Source of the DNA: an uncultured cyanobacterium
GTDB lineage: Bacteria; Cyanobacteriota; Cyanobacteriia; PCC-9006; JAAUQQ01
Reading direction: 5' to 3'
Length of the DNA: 64,000 nucleotides
NCBI GenBank assembly: GCA_963718615.1
Contig: OY970368.1
Span: forward strand, 1,952,001-2,016,000
The translations under genes were made by a program, and so were the position numbers. Numbering within the stretch: the stretch's first letter is position 1; every line of letters begins with the position of its first letter. This document shows, in pieces, positions 47,600 through 58,087 of this stretch. The notes beneath the pieces were generated by a model, which was not told the origin of the DNA, searched no databases, and saw only the letters and a list, made by a program, of their open reading frames with translations.

Positions 47600-48357
47600 C
47601 GAACAAAATTTTAGCCGTTGTCCACCAGGAAACCTCTAGCACGGGCTTGGTGGGCGAGTTGCTCCAACAACGGGGCTATGACGTTGAGCAATGCTGCCCG
47701 GCCTTGGGGGACAGGCTGCCCATGGCGCTAGAGCGCTATGCTGGGGCGATGGTGTTTGGGGGGCCTATGAGTGCCAACGATGAGCACCTGCCCTTCATTC
47801 GCCAGGAATTGGATTGGTTGCCACAGGTTTTAGCGGCCCGTTGTCCCTTCCTTGGGATCTGCCTCGGTGCGCAGTTGCTCAGCCGCGTCCTGGGAGGGCA
47901 AGTGGGTCCCCATCCCGAGGAAACGCGAGAAATTGGCTATTTCCCCATTCGGCCCACGGCAGCGGGCCAGGAACTCTTTGGACAACCGCTCTGGGTCTAC
48001 CACTGGCATGGTGAAGGGTTTGAGGTCCCTGACGGGGCCGTGCAGCTTGCCGAAGGAGATTTATTTCCCAACCAAGCCTTTCGCTACGAGCGCCAAGCCT
48101 ACGGTCTCCAATTTCATCCCGAAATGACCCAATCTCTTATGGTGCAGTGGATCGAACGGGCGGGCGAACAGCTCATCTTCCCCGGTGCTCAATCGGCTCC
48201 TGAGCATTTCGCAGGGCAGACTCGCTATGGTCCAGCCGTAGAAGCTTGGCTCAATCGTTTTTTGGACCACTGGCTGGGGTTGCGATCGCCTACCGCAGTC
48301 GCCCAGACTTGTCCACCGGCTCCGCTTTCAAACAAAGTTCAGAGGTCAAGGCCGTAG
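47596..48357 (+). CDS. Class I glutamine amidotransferase
   Basis: GGPMS, LGICLGAQ (Cys), QFHPE (His/Glu). Confidence 0.9.
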   Translation: MTNKILAVVHQETSSTGLVGELLQQRGYDVEQCCPALGDRLPMALERYAGAMVFGGPMSANDEHLPFIRQELDWLPQVLAARCPFLGICLGAQLLSRVLGGQVGPHPEETREIGYFPIRPTAAGQELFGQPLWVYHWHGEGFEVPDGAVQLAEGDLFPNQAFRYERQAYGLQFHPEMTQSLMVQWIERAGEQLIFPGAQSAPEHFAGQTRYGPAVEAWLNRFLDHWLGLRSPTAVAQTCPPAPLSNKVQRSRP

Positions 48358-48550
48358 CCTGTAGGGAGCATAGGCCCCAAATGATGCCTAGAATTTCTAA
48401 GCCCATTTGAATTGAAGTCGGGGTATGAATAAATCCCCAAATTAACAGAATGACTCCGGCAACCAGGGCGGCAATCTGAGGTACATCTTCACGTTGACGG
48501 AGGGCAATTGCAGTGATCCCCAGCCCGATCGCAAATAGTACAAGATACAT
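48290..48550 (-). CDS. Small membrane hypothetical protein
   Basis: Three hydrophobic stretches; GGAGG RBS upstream. Confidence 0.6.
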   Translation of the reverse strand: MYLVLFAIGLGITAIALRQREDVPQIAALVAGVILLIWGFIHTPTSIQMGLEILGIIWGLCSLQATALTSELCLKAEPVDKSGRLR

Positions 48551-48688
48551 AAGCCGCCTCCGCCCGTAGGCTGCGCTGAAGTTGTCATTCTTCTCCAGTG
48601 AACCTTAGAAGTCTCTATGCGTGCCATAGACGGCAATAAAACTTATGGTGCTGATGACATCTAAGATTAAAGATTTTAAAGATCAAGG

Positions 48689-50176
48689 CTAGGCATTCAT
48701 TTGAATAATTCCCATCATGCCGCGATCTTCGTGATCTAAGATATGGCAGTGATACACCGTTTTTCCTGGGAAATTGCGGAACTGAACGCGAATGATCACC
48801 TCCTCGTAGGCCCCGATATCCACCGTATCTTTCCAGGCGCGCAGGACCTCTGGCTGGCCATTGCGCTGGATGACCTGAAACGGATTGACATGGAGGTGAA
48901 AGGGATGATCCATGCTGGCGCGGTTGATGATTTTCCAGTCTTCTACGTCTCCTAATCGGGCTGAAACATCGATGCGATCGGCTTGAAAGGCTTGACCATT
49001 AATCAGAAAACCGGCCCCTCCCATGGGCGCAATGCCGTGATCCAAAATAAACGATCGCGATCGCACCGGTTCCGGTAATGCAGCCACTTCAATTAAAGTT
49101 TGAGGTAACCCTAACGCTGTGGAGCGATCGCTCACCTGGTAGTGAATCATTGCAACAACTTCCGGTTCCATCAGCGCCGCGATACCCGACATTTCCCGAT
49201 GGCGACCCTGTCCCATGGGACCCCTATCCTGCATCGCCCCCATCATGCCGAAGAGACCGCGATCGTAGGGGAGACTGAGGAGTTTGTAGGAACCCGGAAT
49301 GCCGTTGCCCGGTACCAGCAGCTCTGCCCGTTCACCGGGGGCGAGGCGAAGCGGACCCACGGGCGTGGGTTGGGCGATCGCGCCTCGATCGGTGGCGATC
49401 AAAAACCAGGGATGGTCTTGGAGCTGAAGCTGATAGATGCGCGAGGCCGAGGCATTCACCAGCCGTAAACGCAGCAATCCATTTTGGGGAAGCTGGAATG
49501 CGGGCTGAAGCTGACCGCTGACGGTGCGCAGGTGCCCTTCCCGGCCCCACATTTGCGCCATCATCTGGGGCGTGGCGCGATCGCCCTGGTCCGTGAGCTC
49601 AAAATCCTGGAGGACCAGTAAGGCTTCTGCCGCCTGCTGAATTTCCGGAATTTCGTCCAAATCTCCCCGCACCAGCAACACTCCCGCCAGTCCACCAAAG
49701 ACCTGCTCGGCCACGTGACCATGGTGATGGGGATGGTACCAGGCCGTAACCGCAGGATGGTCGGGGGGAATTTGAAACTCGTAGGTGAAGCGATCGCCCG
49801 CTGCCACAGCGCGAAAGACATTATCAATTTCCGGCGAAATATGCAGACCATGAAAGTGCAAATTCGTCGGTTGGTCCAGTTGATTCACCAAATGCAACCG
49901 CACCCGATCGCCGGGCCGGACTTCTAAAATTGGACCGGGTACCTGACCGTTGTAGGCCAAAAGCTGGGCATTGCGGTTCGCCAAGGTCACGGTCGTGGCT
50001 TGGGCCGTTAGCGTAGCTTCGAGCTGTCCGTCTTGGCTGCGCAGCCGCTCCCAGGGGCGGGGTCCGGAATCCTTGAGATTCTGTGGCTGGCGATCGCGAG
50101 GCCTTGCACCACATTGGGACAGCATCACTGCCCCGGTCACAGCCACAGTCCCGCCCAAAAATCTGCGTCGTTCCAT
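48689..50176 (-). CDS. Multicopper oxidase (CueO/SufI family), Tat signal
   Basis: ERRRFL leader; HFHG, WYHPH, HPFHLH, HCHILDHEDRGM; Met-rich loop. Confidence 0.93.
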   Translation of the reverse strand: MERRRFLGGTVAVTGAVMLSQCGARPRDRQPQNLKDSGPRPWERLRSQDGQLEATLTAQATTVTLANRNAQLLAYNGQVPGPILEVRPGDRVRLHLVNQLDQPTNLHFHGLHISPEIDNVFRAVAAGDRFTYEFQIPPDHPAVTAWYHPHHHGHVAEQVFGGLAGVLLVRGDLDEIPEIQQAAEALLVLQDFELTDQGDRATPQMMAQMWGREGHLRTVSGQLQPAFQLPQNGLLRLRLVNASASRIYQLQLQDHPWFLIATDRGAIAQPTPVGPLRLAPGERAELLVPGNGIPGSYKLLSLPYDRGLFGMMGAMQDRGPMGQGRHREMSGIAALMEPEVVAMIHYQVSDRSTALGLPQTLIEVAALPEPVRSRSFILDHGIAPMGGAGFLINGQAFQADRIDVSARLGDVEDWKIINRASMDHPFHLHVNPFQVIQRNGQPEVLRAWKDTVDIGAYEEVIIRVQFRNFPGKTVYHCHILDHEDRGMMGIIQMNA

Positions 50177-50428
50177 AGACCGAATAGACCTAAACGGTTT
50201 TGTCTCTCCTACAACCAGCCTAAACCCTCCAGCCGTGGGGAGAGTCAAGTAATCTCTTAGATAAAGAAATTAAGGAACTTTGAAGCTTTATCTGAGGAAA
50301 GTATTTGATTAAACCGAAAAGACTTGGGTTTTAGAGGCGATCGCGTCAGAATAAAAATAAGCTTCGATCCCAAGACGAAGCGTTGCATTTATCCCCTCAG
50401 CAATTTGGGTTAATTTAGGGCGATTTGG

Positions 50429-50860
50429 ATGGATCTGCGCACCTGCTATCAAATTCTGGAGCTACGACCCGGTGTTTCTACCACCGAGCTGCGCCAGACC
50501 TATAGAGACCTCGTTCAGGTTTGGCATCCCGATCGCTTCTCCCACAATCCTCGGTTGCAGCGCAAGGCCGAGGCAAAACTCAGCCAAATCAACCAAGCCT
50601 ACGAAATCCTGGATACGGTTTCGGCCTCGTTGCCCCAACAGCGTCCCGTTCCAGTGCCCAACCGGGGCAAGTCCCGCAGGCATTCTCCCTTGAAAGGATG
50701 TATCACTGCGATGCTCATGCTATTGGGGCTGCTGGGGCTGCTTTTAATTCCCTTTTTTAGCGCTTATCTGATTTCGCTACAACCGACGCTGGTTGTACTA
50801 CCGATCGCCGGACTGATGGCCATTTTGGGCTACCAGCGCTGGGGGCGACGCTCGTTTTAG
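50429..50860 (+). CDS. DnaJ-domain membrane protein
   Basis: CYQILEL...WHPDRF...INQAYEIL plus two C-terminal TM helices. Confidence 0.88.
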   Translation: MDLRTCYQILELRPGVSTTELRQTYRDLVQVWHPDRFSHNPRLQRKAEAKLSQINQAYEILDTVSASLPQQRPVPVPNRGKSRRHSPLKGCITAMLMLLGLLGLLLIPFFSAYLISLQPTLVVLPIAGLMAILGYQRWGRRSF

Positions 50861-50889
50861 TTAGGAGGTAGCGAAGAATTAGCGAAGAA

Positions 50890-51393
50890 TTAGCGAGGGG
50901 ATGGATTGTCCAGAACATCTGAGACCTGGATGCTGCTGCGTGGTTTTTCCTTCATCGTCGGGTCGTCCGTCGCGTCCATGGCGGTTCCATCAGTTCCATT
51001 AATGGGCTCGGCGTAAAGCACTGCTGCTGTGCCTGCGTCAATATAGATGTGTTGCTCAGGAACGGTGGCACGATAAACCAAATTGCCATCATCGACCGCG
51101 AGAGAAATTTGGTAAGCAGGCATCGCAGCATAGGTTTCTGCGGCCTGAAGGGCGTTTTGTAAACTCACCGTTGCGAATTTTTGCAAGGTTGCCAGGGCCG
51201 CAGGGGTTTCCACGGCCTCTGGCGTCACGCTGGTGTTACTCGTGGGACTACTGCTGGCCGAGGGCTCTGCCTCAGTGTCTGAGGGCAAGGTTGAAGGGAT
51301 CTCTCCGGTTTGGGTAAAGGCGATCGAGGCGGCTCCCCCTGTTAAAAGAATTGCACCGATGGTCACTAGGGCGATTTTAGTCTGTTTCGACAT
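50890..51393 (-). CDS. Secreted PepSY-domain-like protein
   Basis: Signal peptide, ATVSLQNALQAA...DGNLVY...YIDAGTAAVL. Confidence 0.7.
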   Translation of the reverse strand: MSKQTKIALVTIGAILLTGGAASIAFTQTGEIPSTLPSDTEAEPSASSSPTSNTSVTPEAVETPAALATLQKFATVSLQNALQAAETYAAMPAYQISLAVDDGNLVYRATVPEQHIYIDAGTAAVLYAEPINGTDGTAMDATDDPTMKEKPRSSIQVSDVLDNPSPR

Positions 51394-51796
51394 GGCTTCA
51401 ATGCCTCCGTAGCGTATCTGTTGCGGATCTGAGGTTCACCTTAGGGGGCAAAAGTGAAAAACCCGAGAAGACCATCGGTAGCCCAAAAATACAACCGAAT
51501 AGCAATATAGACATGCTAAACTACATTCATTCAAGCGTTAGTAACCGAGCAGTAGCGATGCAATCTCGATTGAATTAAATAGATAGACAATTTGTCAAAA
51601 CATGGCAATATTTCCAGATTTATCCCTTTTCTAAGAAAAATATTAAGATTATGGGGTGAAACTAGCCTATTTCGTGATTTGTCCTTAAGTTTTTAAATGA
51701 TTACATTCTTGTTGCTCGGGTAGGGGCGATCGCTCACTAGCCGTGATTCAGCAATCTAAGATTTAGTGATCTAAAAACAGCAATCCAAAAGCAACT

Positions 51797-53230
51797 ATGG
51801 CTGACTTGATTCCCGATACAATTGTGTTGTCGCGGCTACAATTTGCGCTGACAGCCATTTTTCATATGCTTTGGCCAGTCTTGACGACTGGCATGGCAAT
51901 TTTTCTTGTCATCCTTGAAGGGCTTTGGCTCAAAACTCGTAATCCTGATTACTATTATCATGCTCGGTTTTGGGCTAAACTTTATATCCTAAATTTTGGC
52001 ATCGGCGTCGCGACGGGATTGCCCATGGCGTTCCAGTTTGGCCTCAACTGGGCTCCGTTTTCAGAAGCGGTGGGTGACTTTTTTGGAACGATTCTCGGCT
52101 TTGAAGGCACGATGGCTTTTATGCTAGAAGCCAGTTTTCTCGGCATCATGATCTTCGGCTGGGAGCGTGTCCCTCCTGTTATTCACTTTATTGCCACTAT
52201 TTTTGTTGCGATTGGGGCGAATCTTTCGACATTTTGGATTTTGACCGCGAACTCTTGGCTTCAGACCCCAGCAGGAGGAGAGTTTGTGGATGGCAAGTTT
52301 ATCGTGCATGATTTTTTTCAGGCCATTCTCAACCCCTTTATGGCCAAGAGTTTCTTTCACATGTTCTTTGCCACATTGGAGACTTCACTCTTTGTGATTG
52401 GCGGGATTAGCGCTTGGTATTTGCTGAAGGAGCGGTATCAGGGATTTTTTGGGCGATCGCTCAAAATTGTCTTAGCCTCCCTCATTGTCATTGCGCCGCT
52501 ACAAATCTTTATTGGACATTTGAGTGCGGAGCAAGTCTACCACTATCAGCCCACCAAGCTAGCGGCCATGGAAGCTCAATGGGAAACCATTCCAGCAGGT
52601 CAAGCCGCACCCTGGAGTTTAATCGCGCTGCCCAATGACAAAGCTGAACAAAATGATTGGGAAATTGCGATTCCCAATGCCTTGGGATATTTGCTTGAAT
52701 TAAAACCGAAACTGACAGAACCCGTTCAAGGTCTAAAATCCTGGGCTTCGGCAGATCGGCCCCATATGGTGGGACTGATTTACTATTCATTTCGCATTAT
52801 GGTCGCCATTGGCCTGTTTTTTGCTGGGTTGATGGCCCTCACGACATTGCAGTGGCTTCGAGGCAAACTTGCTGATGGTGCAATTCAGCAGCAAAAGTGG
52901 TTGTTGCGAACTTGGATTTTTGCTGCACCCTTGGGCTATATTGCGGTCGAAACGGGGTGGATTGTGCGCTGTGTTGGGCGTCAGCCTTGGACCGTCTATG
53001 GGGAGCTGCGAACGGTGGATGCAGCCTCAAACTTACCTGCCGGTGAAATTCTATTTTCGCTCTCAGGTTTGATGGCGATGTATTCCGTTTTCTTTGTCGC
53101 AACCCTTTTCTTTGGTCGCAAAATCATTCGCAAAGGTCCGAGTCTGGATTTAGCACTTCCTGAAGCAACAAACTTTAGCGAACCGATTAATCATCAGCCT
53201 AATGAGCGACCTCTGAAACCTCAGGAGTAA
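51797..53230 (+). CDS. cydA: Cytochrome bd ubiquinol oxidase subunit I
   Basis: LSRLQFALTAIFH, FQFG, QPTKLAAME, GW...GRQPW. Confidence 0.96.
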   Translation: MADLIPDTIVLSRLQFALTAIFHMLWPVLTTGMAIFLVILEGLWLKTRNPDYYYHARFWAKLYILNFGIGVATGLPMAFQFGLNWAPFSEAVGDFFGTILGFEGTMAFMLEASFLGIMIFGWERVPPVIHFIATIFVAIGANLSTFWILTANSWLQTPAGGEFVDGKFIVHDFFQAILNPFMAKSFFHMFFATLETSLFVIGGISAWYLLKERYQGFFGRSLKIVLASLIVIAPLQIFIGHLSAEQVYHYQPTKLAAMEAQWETIPAGQAAPWSLIALPNDKAEQNDWEIAIPNALGYLLELKPKLTEPVQGLKSWASADRPHMVGLIYYSFRIMVAIGLFFAGLMALTTLQWLRGKLADGAIQQQKWLLRTWIFAAPLGYIAVETGWIVRCVGRQPWTVYGELRTVDAASNLPAGEILFSLSGLMAMYSVFFVATLFFGRKIIRKGPSLDLALPEATNFSEPINHQPNERPLKPQE

Positions 53231-53286
53231 GGGTTTTAAATTCGAATTGATTCTTCGTTTCGATCGCTTTTTTGTATGTCATCATC

Positions 53287-54300
53287 ATGGAAACACTGGA
53301 CTATTTTTTGCCTCAACTTTGGTTTTTTATTTTGGGGCTGTTTCTCTTTCTGTACGTTCTCTTAGATGGTTTTGATCTAGGCGTTGGCATTCTATCCCTC
53401 ACTGCTTCGTCTGAAGAACGGCGCAGTATTTTAATGACCAGTTTAGGCAATGTTTGGGATGCGAATGAAACCTGGCTTGTTTTGATGGGTGGCTCCCTGT
53501 TTGGTGCATTCCCTCTCGCCTATGCGACAGTTTTGAATGCACTCTATTTGCCTGCCGTCATTATGGTTGTCGGTCTCATTTTTCGGGCGGTTTCCTTTGA
53601 GTTCCGTGAGAACTCCGAGCAAAAACTTTATTGGAACCTGACGTTTGGTGTCGGTAGTTTTTTGGCGGCTCTGGGTCAGGGCTTTGCCCTTGCTGCTATT
53701 TTTGAAGGGATTAAAGTCGATGCTGCGGGTCATTTTATTGGGGGACCGTTTGATTGGTTGACTTGGCGATCGGTTTTAGTTGCATTAACTTTGGTTCAAG
53801 GCTATGTCTTGATTGGTTCGACATACTTGATTTGGAAAACTACAGGTGAATTACAGACGACCCATTTCAAAACGGCTAAGATTGCAGCGATTACGACGTT
53901 TTTAGGAGCGGCCTTTATTACGATTAGTACACCAATTTTTTATGAACAGGCGCGATCGCGACTCTTCGAAGCTCCACAGGTCTATGTTTTTGGCCTCATT
54001 CCAATTCTCGGGCTTCTGCTCATCGGTTTACTTCTACGAAGTTTGTCTAAGGAAGAAGAGGTCACTCCGTTTATTTGGACTGTTCTTTTATTCCTGGTTT
54101 CCTTCATTGGCCTCGGATTTTTGATTTTCCCCTACATTATCCCTCCCAGTATCACGATTTATCAGGCTGCATCTTCTCCCTCTTCCTTGGTCTTCATGAT
54201 CATTTTTGTGGGTTTCTTGATTCCGATTTTGTTGGCTTACACGTTGTACAATTACTTTGTCTTTCGTGGAAAAATCAGTACGGAAGCTTATGGAGAATAG
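53287..54300 (+). CDS. cydB: Cytochrome bd ubiquinol oxidase subunit II
   Basis: YVLLDGFDLGVG, WDANETWLV, FRAVSFEFR, YFVFRGK. Confidence 0.96.
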   Translation: METLDYFLPQLWFFILGLFLFLYVLLDGFDLGVGILSLTASSEERRSILMTSLGNVWDANETWLVLMGGSLFGAFPLAYATVLNALYLPAVIMVVGLIFRAVSFEFRENSEQKLYWNLTFGVGSFLAALGQGFALAAIFEGIKVDAAGHFIGGPFDWLTWRSVLVALTLVQGYVLIGSTYLIWKTTGELQTTHFKTAKIAAITTFLGAAFITISTPIFYEQARSRLFEAPQVYVFGLIPILGLLLIGLLLRSLSKEEEVTPFIWTVLLFLVSFIGLGFLIFPYIIPPSITIYQAASSPSSLVFMIIFVGFLIPILLAYTLYNYFVFRGKISTEAYGE

Positions 54301-54326
54301 ATTTTTTCTGAGGCCCTAACGGTATT

Positions 54327-54362
54327 TTTTACCCTCCTGCGTGAATACTCGGGAGGGTAAAA
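54327..54362. terminator. Stem-loop between convergent cydB and cobI, probably a bidirectional terminator
   Basis: TTTTACCCTCC...GGAGGGTAAAA inverted repeat with flanking T/A runs. Confidence 0.6.
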
Positions 54363-54454
54363 TTACTTTTTCTCACCTCAACAGAAACTGCATGTTTAGG
54401 GCGAAGCTGAGGCGTCAATGCTTCCGCCCGCCTCAGAAGGAAGCTTATTTCAAA

Positions 54455-55189
54455 TTAGAGAAGCAAACTTGATTGATCAAGGCTGGGAATCAAGATCAAA
54501 GCCCAGTAGGGAACCTGTTCGGGGTCGACAGTTTCAATGGGGAGGATTTTTTGACTGGGCAACGTTGCGTGTTCAAGATAGTGCGATCGCTCCAGCAATC
54601 CCAACTCTCGCAAAATCTGCCGAACCTTGGCAAAATGACGCCCTAACTTGAGAATAACCGCTGCATCTGCTACAGCAAGGCGATCGCGCAAAATATCCGC
54701 TTCTAAAGTTGCGGGTAAAACCATCAAAACATCCTGTCGATAGACCAACGGTGTCCCCAACATCGAAGCACTTGCCAAAATTGAAGAAATACCGGGCACA
54801 ACCTCCGTCGTAAAGCGTTGGGAAAGGCGGTTAAACAAATACATAAACGACCCATATAGCATTGGATCCCCTTCGCAGAGCACCGCGACATCTTGGCCTT
54901 GTTCGAGGAAAGGGGCGATCGCCTGCGCGGCCCGGTCATAATCCCCTTGGGCAGAACGAGTCGCATGAATTGAAAGGGGCAACGGCAACTCAATTTGCCC
55001 AGGCCGGATAAACTCCGCCACAATCGATCGCGCCACAGCCTTGCCGCTAGGAAGCTGGGGATAGGCCACCACGGGCACCGTCGTCAAGAGCCGATGGGCC
55101 TTGAGCGTCAGCAACTCCGGATCCCCTGGCCCAATCCCCAATCCATAGAGTTTACCCGGCATCTGCTGGTTTAGGGTTTTGGGGCTCAT
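54455..55189 (-). CDS. cobI: Precorrin-2 C20-methyltransferase
   Basis: LYGLGIGPGDPELLTLKA, LCEGDPMLYGSFMY, VVPGISS. Confidence 0.92.
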   Translation of the reverse strand: MSPKTLNQQMPGKLYGLGIGPGDPELLTLKAHRLLTTVPVVAYPQLPSGKAVARSIVAEFIRPGQIELPLPLSIHATRSAQGDYDRAAQAIAPFLEQGQDVAVLCEGDPMLYGSFMYLFNRLSQRFTTEVVPGISSILASASMLGTPLVYRQDVLMVLPATLEADILRDRLAVADAAVILKLGRHFAKVRQILRELGLLERSHYLEHATLPSQKILPIETVDPEQVPYWALILIPSLDQSSLLL

Positions 55190-55815
55190 GCTTCTGTCTC
55201 CTGGGCAAGGGCATTCACCGCTGCGGCTGCCATGGCGCTGCCGCCTCGTCGTCCTTGCAGCGTGAGGTAGGGAATTCCTCGGGCATCCGCCACGAGCTCG
55301 GCTTTGGATTCTGCTGCACCCACAAATCCCACGGGAAATCCGAGGATTAAAGCGGGCCGAGGTGCGCCTGCATCCAGAAGTTCAAGCAAATGAAACAAAG
55401 CCGTTGGGGCATTGCCTATGGCGACCACTGAACCGGCGAGGTGCGATCGCCACAATTCCACCGCCGCTGCCGATCGGGTAGTGTGCAGTTGCTCTGCCAG
55501 GGCTGGCACCTGCGGTTCGTTGAGCGTACAAATCACAGCATTTTGTGCAGGCAACCGGCTACGAATAATGCCGTGGGTGACCATTTGCACATCGCACAGG
55601 ATCGAAGCCCCCTGGGCGATCGCCCCACGACCGGCAGTCACGGCATCCGCAGAGGCTCGCAAATCCTCAACAATATCGACCATTCCACAGGCATGGATCA
55701 GGCGGATTGCAATGGGGATGAGGTCAGGGGGCAGAGCGTTGAGATTGGCTTCGGCGCGGATGGTGGCGAAAGATTGACGGTAGATATCGGGACCGTGGCG
55801 GAGGTAGGGGGGCAT
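55186..55815 (-). CDS. cobH: Precorrin-8X methylmutase
   Basis: IYRQSFATI, RLIHACG, TRSAAA, IGNAPTAL, PVGFVGAAESK; start at ATG 55815. Confidence 0.93.
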   Translation of the reverse strand: MPPYLRHGPDIYRQSFATIRAEANLNALPPDLIPIAIRLIHACGMVDIVEDLRASADAVTAGRGAIAQGASILCDVQMVTHGIIRSRLPAQNAVICTLNEPQVPALAEQLHTTRSAAAVELWRSHLAGSVVAIGNAPTALFHLLELLDAGAPRPALILGFPVGFVGAAESKAELVADARGIPYLTLQGRRGGSAMAAAAVNALAQETEA

Positions 55816-55846
55816 GGGGGTAAAGGCCTGAGGATAGAGAATGAAG

Positions 55847-55888
55847 GAGAATGGATGGTTGTCAGTAGAGAATGGATGGTTGTTAGTG
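55847..55888. repeat. 21-bp tandem duplication in the cobH/cbiE divergent spacer
   Basis: GAGAATGGATGGTTGTCAGTA / GAGAATGGATGGTTGTTAGTG. Confidence 0.7.
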
Positions 55889-55895
55889 CGGTGAG

Positions 55896-57161
55896 TTGGG
55901 GATGAAGCCAATGGTGGATCGATGGTTGTCGATTGTAGGACTGGGGGAGGAGGGCTGGGCGGGGTTGAGTCCGGTAGGACGGTCTCTGGTGGAAGAGGCT
56001 GAGATTTTAGTGGGGGGCGACCGTCATTTTGCCATGGTGCCGGACCGGGAGAAAGGGTTGAAGCCTCAAGAACGCTGGGTTTGGCGATCGCCCATTGCCC
56101 AATCTGTGGAAGCCGTGCTGGCGATGCGGGGTCGGGCGGTTTGTGTTCTGGCCAGCGGAGATCCGATGTGTTACGGCATTGGGGCGACCTTTCGGCGGTC
56201 TGTGAAGCTGGCAGAAATGACGATTTTACCTGCCCCTTCGGCCTTTAGTTGGGCCTGTGCCCGGTTGGGCTGGCCCCTGGCGGAGGTGGAAACCCTAAGC
56301 CTCTGTGGCCGTGATCCGGCTTTGTTGCATGCGGTTCTCTATCCAGGGGCAAGGATTTTGCTGTTGAGTAGCGATCGCACCACACCCCTGACGGTGGCGG
56401 AAATCCTAACCCAACGGGGGTTTGGCCCTAGTCCGCTCACCGTCCTCGAACATCTCGGTGGCCCCCAAGAACGCATCCGCACCCACCCCGCCAGCCATTG
56501 GCTCCAGCGCCACCCCAGCGACATCGCCGACCTCAATACCCTCGCCCTTGATTGCCAAGCCGCCCTTTCCCCGTCCGTCCTCCATCCTTCTCCCGGCTCC
56601 CCTGGCCTCCCCGATGCGGCCTATCACCACGATGGCCAACTCACCAAACGGGAAGTTCGTGCCCTGACCCTCTCGGCCCTTGCACCCTTGCCAGGGCAAC
56701 TGCTTTGGGATGTGGGGGCGGGCTGCGGGTCGATTGCCATTGAATGGATGCGGAGCGATCGCCGTTGTCGGGCGATCGCCATTGAACAAAATCCCCAACG
56801 GCAACAGTTCATGACCGAAAATGCCCAAGCCCTCGGGACGCCGGGGCTGCAAATCATTGCCGGAAAAGCGCCTGATGCCCTGCAAAATCTGCCGCAGCCC
56901 GATGCCATTTTTATCGGGGGTGGTATCACCCAACCGGGTCTCCTGGAAACCTGCTGGATGGCCCTTCGACCCGGTGGACGACTGGTTGCGAATACCGTTA
57001 CGATTCCAGGGGAACAGAAATTGTTTGAGGGACAACAGCGATGGGGCGGTGAACTCAGTCGTATTGGGATCCAGCGGGCTGAGGCGATCGGTCGTTTTCT
57101 CGGCTGGAAAGCTCTTGCGCCAGTGACCCAATGGGTTGTGATTAAGGCCGATTCGCCTTGA
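55896..57161 (+). CDS. cbiE: Precorrin-6Y C5,15-methyltransferase (decarboxylating), CbiE/CbiT fusion (CobL)
   Basis: VLASGDPMCYGIG, GQLTKREVRA, LWDVGAGCGSIAIEW, PDAIFIGGG. Confidence 0.92.
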   Translation: MGMKPMVDRWLSIVGLGEEGWAGLSPVGRSLVEEAEILVGGDRHFAMVPDREKGLKPQERWVWRSPIAQSVEAVLAMRGRAVCVLASGDPMCYGIGATFRRSVKLAEMTILPAPSAFSWACARLGWPLAEVETLSLCGRDPALLHAVLYPGARILLLSSDRTTPLTVAEILTQRGFGPSPLTVLEHLGGPQERIRTHPASHWLQRHPSDIADLNTLALDCQAALSPSVLHPSPGSPGLPDAAYHHDGQLTKREVRALTLSALAPLPGQLLWDVGAGCGSIAIEWMRSDRRCRAIAIEQNPQRQQFMTENAQALGTPGLQIIAGKAPDALQNLPQPDAIFIGGGITQPGLLETCWMALRPGGRLVANTVTIPGEQKLFEGQQRWGGELSRIGIQRAEAIGRFLGWKALAPVTQWVVIKADSP

Positions 57162-57169
57162 GTTTCGTT

Positions 57170-57952
57170 TCAGTTTTCTTCCAGATGACCCTGCAACCAA
57201 TCCAATGCCGCTGCCACGGTGTGAACGGTTTTACAGTCGGGGACCCAAGGCCGTTGGACCATGACCACGGGCAATCCGAGGGATCGGGCCGCTGCAATTT
57301 TGCTGTAGGTTCCACTGCCGCCGCTGTTTTTGCTGACGATCGCATCAATCTTGTACTCCAGCAGGAGCGATCGCTCGGCGGTTTCATCAAAGGGACCTTG
57401 GGCGAACAAGATGTGGCCAGGGGGGGTGGGGGTGTTGGGGGGTGGGGGGGTGATCATGCGCAGGAGGAACCAGCGATCGCGCAAACCGGCAAAGGTTGAA
57501 ATTTCTTGACGGCCAATGCTGAGGAAAATTCGTTGGGCGTTGGTTGGTAAAGTTGCAACGGCTGCGTTTAGGCTGGGAACTTCGAGCCAGCGATCGCCCA
57601 CGTCCTGGACCCAAGCTGGACGAACCAGCCGGATCATGGGAATTTTGGCCTGGGCGGCAGCGGCAACGGCATGGGCCGAAATCTGGGCGGCAAAGGGATG
57701 AGTGGCATCAATCAAAAAATCAATGGGTTGTCTTTGCAAGTATTCTGCCAGTCCTGCAACCCCGCCAAAATGTCCCACCCGTTGTTCCCAAGTGATCTGC
57801 CCTGTTGTCCTAATCTGAATCCGATTGGTGCGGCCTGCCAAGGAATGGATGACGGTCAAGTTAGGAATTTGAGTGGCCTGTCCAGCCAACTGCATGGCTT
57901 CGGTGATGCCTCCCAAAATCAAGACAAACCGCTGTGCTTTGCCGCTACTCAT
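57170..57952 (-). CDS. cobK: Precorrin-6A/cobalt-precorrin-6A reductase
   Basis: LILGGITEA, GHFGG, IDATHPFAAQIS, GPF, VSKNSGG. Confidence 0.92.
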   Translation of the reverse strand: MSSGKAQRFVLILGGITEAMQLAGQATQIPNLTVIHSLAGRTNRIQIRTTGQITWEQRVGHFGGVAGLAEYLQRQPIDFLIDATHPFAAQISAHAVAAAAQAKIPMIRLVRPAWVQDVGDRWLEVPSLNAAVATLPTNAQRIFLSIGRQEISTFAGLRDRWFLLRMITPPPPNTPTPPGHILFAQGPFDETAERSLLLEYKIDAIVSKNSGGSGTYSKIAAARSLGLPVVMVQRPWVPDCKTVHTVAAALDWLQGHLEEN

Positions 57953-58087
57953 CGCGCTACAACACCAGTCATCTGGAATAAAGATCGCAGGGATTGGGTC
58001 GGAATTGCGGTCATCGGGACATGGTTGAGCGTGAATAGATCGTTGCTTGAGTTTAGCGTTTTGGCTGGGTACTCTGTCGATATATCA

